This document shows, piece by piece, positions 7,900 through 15,778 of a stretch of 41,629 nucleotides of DNA (position 1 is the first letter of the stretch; each line of letters opens with the position of its first letter). The stretch spans positions 1 through 41,629 of the IMG/VR virus record IMGVR_UViG_3300011443_000013, one strand, 5' to 3'. The translations under genes and the position numbers were made by a program. The notes under the pieces were generated by a model. It ran no database searches, was not told where the DNA came from, and worked only from the letters and a program-made list of their open reading frames with translations. This stretch comes from a virus (Duplodnaviria > Caudoviricetes).

Positions 7900-8376
7900 C
7901 TACTTGATAAAAACTTTGAGCCCTGACGTTGATTTCTTTGCCGGAGGGCGTATCGTTATAAGTTCACCCGTCATTCTATCCAGAATATCCATTGGTCCCG
8001 GCAGGGCTCTTAAAAAGGCTTCACGTTCCTTTCTGCTGTTTGCTGCATTCTTTTCATCGGACGAATAAATCTCCCAGTCCGTATCATTGCAAACCGAGTA
8101 ATCGTAAGACGTTCCGATCTCAGCCTTTTCAATCTCATTCCCCATGAACTCAAACTTCTTATCGGGGTACTTCTCCGCTTCGGTTAACAGATTTTCTTGT
8201 ATCTTTTCAGTGATGATCTTAAAGGCTTTTTCCATTCCACGGATCTGAACCAGCAGCCACAACGGGTTTTCCCCGTCATATTTAACCGACTGAACCACAC
8301 GGTTGGCAAATTTATTTACCTGGTCGGCCGTCGAAGGCATTAAATGTATTACTGAATTGGGCGTCATGTCATCCAT
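7900..8376 (-). CDS. Conserved Bacteroidota-phage protein (recombination module)
   Basis: EIGTSYDYSVCND..W, TGELI..PPAKKST motifs; adjacent to the SSB-like gene. Confidence 0.65.
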   Translation of the reverse strand: MDDMTPNSVIHLMPSTADQVNKFANRVVQSVKYDGENPLWLLVQIRGMEKAFKIITEKIQENLLTEAEKYPDKKFEFMGNEIEKAEIGTSYDYSVCNDTDWEIYSSDEKNAANSRKEREAFLRALPGPMDILDRMTGELITIRPPAKKSTSGLKVFIK

Positions 8377-8380
8377 AGTC

Positions 8381-8767
8381 TTAAAGTTTACTTATCATCT
8401 CTGAATAAATCATTTCGAATATCATCGGGAAGTCTTTCAGTTCACCTTTGCCAGCAACTACAATGTCTTTTGCATACGCAGCACTATAGGATATCATTGC
8501 AACCCGCGGCTCTATTTGTGGCTTACCACCGGGTTTAAAAGGCTGGTCCGTCTGTGGCAGTGTAATTTTGTAATAGGTTCCTTTCTTACCTTCTTTGGCT
8601 TCGATAAGGTATTCAGTTACTTCACCTACTACGAACTTAGTCTGGTTCTCATTCTTGGAAGTATAGAACCCCTTGTCGCCGTTGTCTAGTTCAATGACGA
8701 AGGAAGTGTTCCCGTAGGAATCCTTTTGTGCCATCTGTGTGATTTTAGTTGTCTTAGCTTTTTTCAT
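8381..8767 (-). CDS. Putative single-stranded DNA-binding (OB-fold-like) protein
   Basis: Beta-rich N-terminus (FVIELDNGDKG..KFVVGE..EY) plus helical C-terminus; first gene of the leftward operon. Confidence 0.45.
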   Translation of the reverse strand: MKKAKTTKITQMAQKDSYGNTSFVIELDNGDKGFYTSKNENQTKFVVGEVTEYLIEAKEGKKGTYYKITLPQTDQPFKPGGKPQIEPRVAMISYSAAYAKDIVVAGKGELKDFPMIFEMIYSEMISKL

Positions 8768-8791
8768 TTCCGTTTATCGGTTAATTGTACG

Positions 8792-8823
8792 CAATACTAC
8801 AAACGCATAATATCCTATGCAAG
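8792..8823 (-). promoter_or_regulatory. Candidate Bacteroidota promoter for the leftward replication operon
   Basis: Minus strand CTTG-N20-TAGTATTG (one mismatch to TAnnTTTG) in the AT-rich divergent gap. Confidence 0.5.
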
Positions 8824-8892
8824 TCTTTTGTAAAATATATTTTGATAATTTCTTTTGCAAGTTAAAATATTTCTTTGTTGTTTTACACCGTT

Positions 8893-9051
8893 ATGATGAC
8901 AGTAGCAGAATTTGCCAGTAAAAAAGGGGTGCCGCTTCAAACGGTATATTCCTGGATTTACAGAGGGAAAACCGAGAAGAACGGATTTAAGGTTGTTCAA
9001 ATCGGCAGCATGAAATTGATTCAAGAACTCTCAAAAAAGAAAGTTGCATGA
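8893..9051 (+). CDS. Small HTH DNA-binding protein (excisionase/Cro-like), 52 aa, not in the ORF track
   Basis: MMTVAEFASKKGVPLQTVYSWIYRGK...; ATGA overlap with the HNH gene. Confidence 0.8.
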   Translation: MMTVAEFASKKGVPLQTVYSWIYRGKTEKNGFKVVQIGSMKLIQELSKKKVA

Positions 9052-9326
9052 TGTATCAAAAGATTAGACCACGTTCAGTTAAGCGATTGAAGCAGGAAAG
9101 ACAATACGCCAAGCTCCGAAAGGTGTATTTACATTGTCATCCCACGTGCGAGGTTAAAGGATGTGAAGCGCCAAGTACTGAACTACATCATCGCCGGGGT
9201 CGCGTGGGTGATCTCCTGACAGACGAAAGTAACTTTCTGGCAGTTTGCAGACCACATCACAACTACATAGAAAGCCATCCAGCAGAAGCAAAGGAACATG
9301 GGTACAGTTTAACACGAACAATATGA
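9048..9326 (+). CDS. HNH endonuclease (small, terminase-proximal type)
   Basis: HPTCEVKGC..STELHHRRGR...NFLAVCRPHHNYIE. Confidence 0.85.
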   Translation: MMYQKIRPRSVKRLKQERQYAKLRKVYLHCHPTCEVKGCEAPSTELHHRRGRVGDLLTDESNFLAVCRPHHNYIESHPAEAKEHGYSLTRTI

Positions 9327-9688
9327 GAGGCTTTTTCCCAGAAATCGTTTGGAGACTTGATGTAACTGATACTGAGTTAATTTTCACACAAGTGCCGTGT
9401 CCTGAAGACTGGGAACAAAAAAAGATTGAATTACCATACAATGACTATAACGGTGTTTTTTGTGGCCATAGGGACTATGATGATGTGAAATTTTCACTAG
9501 TCAGAAGATTGAAAGCTGAGAACTTTTATTCTGGACCCAGCGGAAGCAACACAAGTTTCAAAGACCAATGGGGTAATTTTAGCCTACTTAACTGGCGACA
9601 AGCGCATGGGTATGGATACGCCTGGGAACCTAGTACCTACTATGAATATGAAGGTAAAATGTACACCACTCACATAAATTTCAGATAA
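9323..9688 (+). CDS. Hypothetical protein
   Basis: Likely start MRGFFPE at the ATGA overlap. Confidence 0.6.
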   Translation: MRGFFPEIVWRLDVTDTELIFTQVPCPEDWEQKKIELPYNDYNGVFCGHRDYDDVKFSLVRRLKAENFYSGPSGSNTSFKDQWGNFSLLNWRQAHGYGYAWEPSTYYEYEGKMYTTHINFR

Positions 9689-9879
9689 TGGAAACAGAGG
9701 TTAAAAAAGTATCTAAACATATGCAAGCGGCTCTTAATCAACTAACTAAGCAGGTAGAATGGTTCGAACGGAAACGCGCCAAACTTCAGGATGAAGTCAC
9801 CGTCAGGGAAAAGGAAATAGACGAGCTAAGCACCTCAATAGAATACATCTCTGAACAGATAATAAAACTAAAAGGATGA
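9688..9879 (+). CDS. Small coiled-coil protein
   Basis: Heptad pattern; TAATG coupling to the upstream gene. Confidence 0.65.
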   Translation: METEVKKVSKHMQAALNQLTKQVEWFERKRAKLQDEVTVREKEIDELSTSIEYISEQIIKLKG

Positions 9880-10001
9880 ACAAGTTAAAGGAGATGTTCA
9901 TTCAGGATCCATTCATATTTTTAATGGGGATAGGTATGTTTCTGGTATGCATCTCAGTAAGCTTCTATTTGATTGTACTAACATTTAAATTGTATCTTTG
10001 A
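9876..10001 (+). CDS. Small membrane protein (41 aa), not in the ORF track
   Basis: MNKLKEMFIQDPFIFLMGIGMFLVCISVSFYLIVLTFKLYL; ATGA overlap. Confidence 0.5.
   Translation: MNKLKEMFIQDPFIFLMGIGMFLVCISVSFYLIVLTFKLYL
9968..10000 (+). promoter_or_regulatory. Consensus Bacteroidota promoter 3 nt upstream of the TerS ATG
   Basis: TTTG(9968-9971)-N21-TATCTTTG(9993-10000)-aat-ATG. Confidence 0.7.
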
Positions 10002-10003
10002 AT

Positions 10004-10366
10004 ATGTCCGAAAACAACGGGAAAACAGCGGGACTCGGTAATTTAAAGAACTTCCCCAAAGGGGTATCCGGCAACCCTAACGGCAGGCCAAAGAAAATCC
10101 CTGAGATTGATAAACTTCTTGCTGACGTACTTGGTGAGGATGGCCATGAAGCTACTGAGATTCTCAAGGCATTGGTAGCAAAAGCTAAAAAAGGAGATGT
10201 AAGAGCAGCCGAAGTTCTTTTAGATAGAGCTTACGGCAAAGCTAAACAGGACATTAACCAGAAGACAACCATTGATGACAATCGGTTTGACTACTCGAAA
10301 CTAACCCAGGAACAGCGTGAATATCTTGCAGAATTACAATTGGCCTGCGGTATGCGCTCAGAGTAG
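10004..10366 (+). CDS. terS: Terminase small subunit (DUF5681-type N-terminus)
   Basis: NLKNFPKGVSGNPNGRPKK, KAKKGDVRAAEVLLDRAYGK; precedes TerL. Confidence 0.85.
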   Translation: MSENNGKTAGLGNLKNFPKGVSGNPNGRPKKIPEIDKLLADVLGEDGHEATEILKALVAKAKKGDVRAAEVLLDRAYGKAKQDINQKTTIDDNRFDYSKLTQEQREYLAELQLACGMRSE

Positions 10367-11705
10367 CTTTGTCTGGTTCATACGTCACACCAAGCCTGAA
10401 TATGTATTCAACTGGCACCATAACCAGGTATGTGAGAAACTTGAACAGTTTGCTAGTGGTAAAATTAGGAAACTAATGGTATTCATGCCTCCACAACACG
10501 GGAAAAGTGAGTTAACAACCAGAAGATTCCCGGCATACATCTTAGGACAGAAACCGGACTGTAAAATGGCCATTTGTTCCTATTCAGCTACGATAGCAAG
10601 TACTTTTAACCGAGATATTCAGCGGATAATTGATGATAAACCCTATTCAGAAGTCTTTCCAAATACCTCATTGAACGAACAAAGCGCCGTGAACCCCTCA
10701 AAGAACACTTTTCTAAGAAACTCAGAGATATTTGAGATCATAGGGCATCAGGGCTTTGTAAAAACCGTTGGTGTGGGCGGATCGTTAACCGGAACACCTG
10801 TAGACATTGGAATTATCGATGATCCTTTCAAAGATCGCGAGGAAGCTATGTCAATCCGGATCAGGGATAAAGTATATTCCTGGTACACGGACGTATTTAA
10901 AACCCGTTTACACAACGACTCACAACAGTTGCTTGTAATGACTCGCTGGGATGCTGATGACCTTGCCGGTAGGATACTAAGAACAGAAAACGACTGGGAT
11001 GTGGTGGTATTTCAAGCCATAAAGGAACGGGAAACACCCAACGACCCCAGAAATAAAGGGGAAGCTCTGTGGCCGGAGAAACATAGCCTAGAACGCATTC
11101 TATCTATCAAGGAAACAAGCCCATTCACTTTTACATCTTTATACCAACAGGAGCCAAAGCCATCAGCGGAAGCATTAGTGTTCCCCGAGTGGGACGAATA
11201 CGAAGAAGAACCAGACATCCAACCTATTTACGGGCTAGACTTTGGATTCTCCAATGATCCGACCGCTATTCCCCAGGTGAAGATTCATAAACGGGATATG
11301 TATGTAAGGGAGTTACTGTATAAGAAAGGACTTACTACGCCTGAACTGGATGAACACATGAAAGCCATTCTTCCCAAACACGCCAGGATATCGGCGGACA
11401 GTGCCGACCCACGGACGATAGAAGACTTAAAACGCCGGGGATGGTCCAATATCAGCCCTTCAGTTAAAGGTAAAGACTCAATTGTAAACGGGATCAACTG
11501 GATTAAGGGGTTTAAACTACACGTACACCGCAACAGCCATAACCTGAAGAACGAGCTATTAAACTATCAGTGGTTGATGTACGGAGGACAGGCTACAAAC
11601 GTGGCTATTGACTCTCATAACCACATCATTGACGGGATAAGGTATAGCAAATCTTTGCATAGAATAAGTAATCCAGTGTTTCACACAACCTTCCACAAAG
11701 CATGA
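10317..11705 (+). CDS. terL: Terminase large subunit
   Basis: Walker A MPPQHGKS, Walker B IGIIDDP, VMTRW, nuclease motifs GLDFGFSNDP and NHIIDGIRY. Confidence 0.95.
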   Translation: MNILQNYNWPAVCAQSSFVWFIRHTKPEYVFNWHHNQVCEKLEQFASGKIRKLMVFMPPQHGKSELTTRRFPAYILGQKPDCKMAICSYSATIASTFNRDIQRIIDDKPYSEVFPNTSLNEQSAVNPSKNTFLRNSEIFEIIGHQGFVKTVGVGGSLTGTPVDIGIIDDPFKDREEAMSIRIRDKVYSWYTDVFKTRLHNDSQQLLVMTRWDADDLAGRILRTENDWDVVVFQAIKERETPNDPRNKGEALWPEKHSLERILSIKETSPFTFTSLYQQEPKPSAEALVFPEWDEYEEEPDIQPIYGLDFGFSNDPTAIPQVKIHKRDMYVRELLYKKGLTTPELDEHMKAILPKHARISADSADPRTIEDLKRRGWSNISPSVKGKDSIVNGINWIKGFKLHVHRNSHNLKNELLNYQWLMYGGQATNVAIDSHNHIIDGIRYSKSLHRISNPVFHTTFHKA

Positions 11706-11923
11706 CAAACAAGATATTCAGGTGGTTTATTCTAATGGCGCTGTTCATCTGGTTCTTAACCAGTTGTAGCGAGGAAGTAAGCCCCTGCGAACCCATGAAG
11801 CAGCGATGCAAAGAACTTCAGTATAAGATAGCCCAAACAACCGGCGCCGAAAGGGAACAATACTATCAATATTACCTAACAGAAAAGCACATACTCGAAA
11901 ACTGCCTAGCAACACATGATTAA
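11702..11923 (+). CDS. Small lipoprotein
   Basis: Signal peptide with lipobox FLTS-C followed by SEE. Confidence 0.65.
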   Translation: MTNKIFRWFILMALFIWFLTSCSEEVSPCEPMKQRCKELQYKIAQTTGAEREQYYQYYLTEKHILENCLATHD

Positions 11924-12557
11924 ATTCAAGATCAACGACCGCACAATAAACTACCCCTCACAATGGGAAGATCTTACCTTTGGTCAGTATTTACAATATT
12001 TCAATTTAAAGGGCGATTCAATACAATTAGTCTCTATCCTCTCGGGACTGGATTATGAATATCTCAAAGGTGCTGTCATAGTTGGCCTTGAATCACTGCT
12101 TGAAGCCTCAAAGTTTACATTAACTACTCCCAAGTTTGAAACCTACTATCCACAGGTGGGGAAATACAAACTCCCCGCCAACCGAAAAGGACAGTTCGAT
12201 ATTAGGTTTGAATCAATGGGACAGTTCGAAGATATGCGGGCACAGATGATGAAGAAAATGGACATCCAAGAACACACCGCCGCTTATGGTCGTTATGTGG
12301 CCATCTACCTACAGAAGATCCGCGACGGTCAATATGACCCAGCTAAGGTAGAAGAAGTCCAGGAAGAAGTACAAACATTCCCTGCGTGTGAGGTTATCGC
12401 AGTAGGACAATTTTTTTTTCTAAAGCTGTACAGCTTATCGACTGGCACAGCAAAAACATCCCTGAATACACCCCCGACTCCGACGAAATCGAAGCAGGAT
12501 TTGACGAACTCCAAAAGAAATTCGGCATCTATGCGACGATCCATGAAGTCTCGATAG
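11916..12557 (+). CDS. Tail assembly chaperone (G form)
   Basis: YPSQWEDLTFGQY, SMGQFED; T9 run at 12411-12419 (GQFFF) followed by a low-complexity S/T/K tail. Confidence 0.75.
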   Translation: MIKFKINDRTINYPSQWEDLTFGQYLQYFNLKGDSIQLVSILSGLDYEYLKGAVIVGLESLLEASKFTLTTPKFETYYPQVGKYKLPANRKGQFDIRFESMGQFEDMRAQMMKKMDIQEHTAAYGRYVAIYLQKIRDGQYDPAKVEEVQEEVQTFPACEVIAVGQFFFLKLYSLSTGTAKTSLNTPPTPTKSKQDLTNSKRNSASMRRSMKSR

Positions 12558-12688
12558 CCATCAACGTTCCCGAAGAAATCATTTACAAAGACTGGACCGC
12601 GCAACAGTTCTGGTACAAGCATCTGTATTTAGCGTGGAAGGGACACACGCAGGGAAAATATAGGAAGATACTTATGACTAAAAAATAG
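11916..12688 (+). CDS. Tail assembly chaperone GT form via -1 programmed frameshift (~257 aa)
   Basis: -1 frame from 12419 is open for 89 codons (SKAVQLIDWH...KFGIYATIHE...KILMTKK*) and ends just before the next gene. Confidence 0.75.
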
Positions 12689-12696
12689 CCTATATT

Positions 12697-13143
12697 TTGG
12701 CCGTGAGTCACAAGTGTCTGCGTTTATTGGTCGAACATACCGTTAAATCACTGACGGATACCGTACAATATTCATACGGAGAAGAATCCGATTTCGATCA
12801 ATCTAAAAAGCATCAGTTCTTAATGGTTAACACACAGCTCATGCCAGCGACTGCCGTGTTCGCTGTGGATGGCGTTTTCAATTACTCAAAGTCGTGGGTA
12901 ATTAGAACAGCCTTTTATAAGTACGACTCCCAAGCCTCAATAGATTATTATGAGATTCACGATGAACTGGATCCGTTAGTCGATCAATTCGTGAACAAGT
13001 TCAACGAGCGGGATGACTTGGTGATACTCTCAGTCTCAGAGGAGCCTTTTGTTAAAGCCCTTTCGGCTATTCTTACGGGGTACTTGGTTACCCTCACGGT
13101 CCGGTTAAACGATGATTTTGATTACTGCTTCGAGTGTGATTGA
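12697..13143 (+). CDS. Putative tail terminator protein
   Basis: 148 aa acidic protein in the tail module, ends EPFV..LTGY.VTLTV; start TTG 12697 or GTG 12703. Confidence 0.55.
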   Translation: MAVSHKCLRLLVEHTVKSLTDTVQYSYGEESDFDQSKKHQFLMVNTQLMPATAVFAVDGVFNYSKSWVIRTAFYKYDSQASIDYYEIHDELDPLVDQFVNKFNERDDLVILSVSEEPFVKALSAILTGYLVTLTVRLNDDFDYCFECD

Positions 13144-13609
13144 CCTTATAGAAATATTGCAACCCTTTGGAAATTCTGTAGTCAGTCAGATACAGCAGAA
13201 CCTTTCGGCCACTGGCACAGACGCTACCGGCCAAACGTCCAGATCTTTAAAATACACCGTAACCCAGGAGGGGACCAATACTATCTTTCAGGTAACAGGG
13301 AGGCCGTACTTTATGACCGTGGAAACCGGACGAAGACCAACCCCGACCTATAAACCGTCTCGAAACTTTGTGGCCAGTATTCAAGCATGGATGACCGCAA
13401 GAGGGATGCAGGGCCCAGCCTATGCGATAGCTCAGGCCATACACAAGAAAGGGACAGAACTGTACAGAAGTGGGGGAAGGACGGACATCGTTTCGAACGT
13501 CATCAATCAATCATTATACGATCAGATTGCAAATGCAGTATTAAAGAAGTTTATTAACCAATACGTGACCACAATTGCTAACAGTAATCAACAGACCACT
13601 AGGGCATAG
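13112..13609 (+). CDS. Neck/tail-completion protein (HK97 gp10-like)
   Basis: ATGQTSRSL, YFMTVETGRRP, IQAW, AYAIAQAIHKKGT. Confidence 0.75.
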   Translation: MILITASSVIDLIEILQPFGNSVVSQIQQNLSATGTDATGQTSRSLKYTVTQEGTNTIFQVTGRPYFMTVETGRRPTPTYKPSRNFVASIQAWMTARGMQGPAYAIAQAIHKKGTELYRSGGRTDIVSNVINQSLYDQIANAVLKKFINQYVTTIANSNQQTTRA

Positions 13610-15362
13610 ACTTACAGACGCAGAACTGGCGGCTTCGGTAACTGATTCATCAGGGGATGCGCTATTTACTACAGCCTTTTCGCATGGGTTAGTAGCCGGG
13701 GACTATGTCTATGTAATTTCAAACTTTGACGCTTACAACGGATTCAAATACGTTTACTCACCGACATACAACACGTTCAAACTTAGGGACTCTGAGACGG
13801 GGGACATCGTACCCTATTATTCAGATACGGATCTCGAATATCGTATTTCAGTGCTTCAGCATGGATGGTCGGCAGTCAATCAACCGATAGTCTATGAATT
13901 AGAATCCGATCTGTTCCCTAATAACGTGGACGAGGAAGCCTACACGCCTAACGTAGTAGTAACACAGGCGGACGCAGAAGGATATACGTTGCTTAATCTA
14001 TCGGCGGCTTTAAGTGACCCCACAGCATTAGCATGGATAGAATTAGTTGGGACGGGGTCGCTCGCTGGGCAATACCAGATCATCACAGTATTACAACCGT
14101 GGCAGATAATTATCAATTTAGACTACGATGCTTCCAATTCTTTCGGTGGGTATTTAGTCGTAAAGTACTATAAAAACTACTGCATTAACGTTCAGGTGTG
14201 GTCAGGAGTGGGCGCAGAGCATCCGTGGTTTGCTGAAAAGCCTTATGAACTTGCCGCGACCTTACAATACGTTCCAGACGAAAACGGACGGGCTAAGTTT
14301 AGCATAGCGGAGATTTTAAGAGGGTATATTAATACACGTAACAACCTGACCTTAAACACCCTGCCGAATAATTTAGACTTCATGACCGCGTTTTATATCG
14401 TCTACTTTGAGAGTTACGATACAAGTGATGGTCAAGAAATAACCACGTTCGAAGGGGATCCCACGCAAGATACTTTTGAAGGCCACGCGGTTAACGCTTC
14501 AATGCCTTTCAAGTCTTTGTATCAATCGTTTATGTCACTGTATGTAAATGAGGATGTTTACTTGGCTGAGTGGCTGTGCATTCAATCACAACCAGTTACA
14601 ATCGTCGGGTATTTCTTTGATCTTTCGTTTATCAATTCATTGAACGGTGTTGATATTTTAATAATGGAAAACGGGGTCTTAAACCAAACCATAGTAAATC
14701 CGGGGGTGGGGGTTATCCGTGTCCCTCTGGAATATACGTTGGCCGGGGAGTACTGCTATCAAGCCGTGACAAATGGCACTGCTGAAATCCCGGGTGTGAC
14801 AAGTTCTATAACATTACCAGCACTGTCATTAGGATCTAATCAGGGGGTTGGAACAAGCTGGACGACAGGAGCTAATCCATCAGTATCACTCACAGCAACC
14901 GCACCATTAGAGGCAGAACAAAGTAAACAGTGGGTACAAAGTTATGCCTTCGTTCAAGGGTATACTTACGAGTTTACCCCTAACATAGATTATGTCAATG
15001 ACAGTCTTTGTTTTATCAGATTTCAAATATTAGACGCAAGTGATAATATATTAATTGAGGAAAGCGAATCATTATCAGCGGGGTCCGGATCAGAGACAAC
15101 GCCAATTAGTTTTGTGGCCCCGGCGGGTGCAGTTAAATATGCCTACTTCTTTGAGTTTATTAATGGCATCGGTACCAATACCAATACGGTGGACATTGAT
15201 TCAATCACAGCTACACAGACAACCCCTACTATCCCAGCGGTGACAGCACAGGATATAACGGAAGTTATCTGCGTGACGGTACTAGAAGAATGTGATGATT
15301 CAGTAATAACAAGCGACGACGCACGACTATTGGAGGACGGAGATTTCCGGTTACTAGAATGA
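13575..15362 (+). CDS. Minor tail/baseplate protein with inserted beta-sandwich domain and C-terminal LLEDG motif
   Basis: Acidic, beta-rich 595 aa; HGLVAGDYV repeat-type motif; ends RLLEDGDFRLLE. Confidence 0.7.
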   Translation: MLTVINRPLGHRLTDAELAASVTDSSGDALFTTAFSHGLVAGDYVYVISNFDAYNGFKYVYSPTYNTFKLRDSETGDIVPYYSDTDLEYRISVLQHGWSAVNQPIVYELESDLFPNNVDEEAYTPNVVVTQADAEGYTLLNLSAALSDPTALAWIELVGTGSLAGQYQIITVLQPWQIIINLDYDASNSFGGYLVVKYYKNYCINVQVWSGVGAEHPWFAEKPYELAATLQYVPDENGRAKFSIAEILRGYINTRNNLTLNTLPNNLDFMTAFYIVYFESYDTSDGQEITTFEGDPTQDTFEGHAVNASMPFKSLYQSFMSLYVNEDVYLAEWLCIQSQPVTIVGYFFDLSFINSLNGVDILIMENGVLNQTIVNPGVGVIRVPLEYTLAGEYCYQAVTNGTAEIPGVTSSITLPALSLGSNQGVGTSWTTGANPSVSLTATAPLEAEQSKQWVQSYAFVQGYTYEFTPNIDYVNDSLCFIRFQILDASDNILIEESESLSAGSGSETTPISFVAPAGAVKYAYFFEFINGIGTNTNTVDIDSITATQTTPTIPAVTAQDITEVICVTVLEECDDSVITSDDARLLEDGDFRLLE

Positions 15363-15778
15363 TGGTTTCACCTTACCAGATTACATTTTTAAACCACTTA
15401 GGAGGTTTTGAGTATTTCTTGTTCACAGCGAAGAAAGAATACCAGGTTATTATCGAAGAAGCGGGGGAAACCAAACAAAACGTATTACCGGGATGGCCGA
15501 ATACTTGGGGAGAAACTGCTGATACTATACGGAAGCAAACCTATCGGAAGTCTTCCAATTCAGTAATAGTCAGAAGTCAATTCCTGAGTCTGGAACAGTT
15601 AGACGCTTTAACTGAGATAAGAACTTCGCCTTTAGTGCAGATCATGTATTCACGGACGAATAGAAGGACGGTGATAGTGGATACAGATTCATTCACGAAG
15701 TTCGACGAGAAGGACAAAGTATTTTCAGTAACATTTAAGATAACCTTTACCGATAATTTACCTAGTCAACGATGTTAA
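15359..15778 (+). CDS. Distal-tail-like protein
   Basis: ITFLNHLGGFEYFLF..., LTEIRTSPLV; directly upstream of the hub-like gene. Confidence 0.6.
   Translation: MMVSPYQITFLNHLGGFEYFLFTAKKEYQVIIEEAGETKQNVLPGWPNTWGETADTIRKQTYRKSSNSVIVRSQFLSLEQLDALTEIRTSPLVQIMYSRTNRRTVIVDTDSFTKFDEKDKVFSVTFKITFTDNLPSQRC

Noticed and set aside
8815-9441. Minus-strand ORFs 8815..9024 and 9154..9441
   Set aside because: They overlap the better-supported plus-strand HTH and HNH genes
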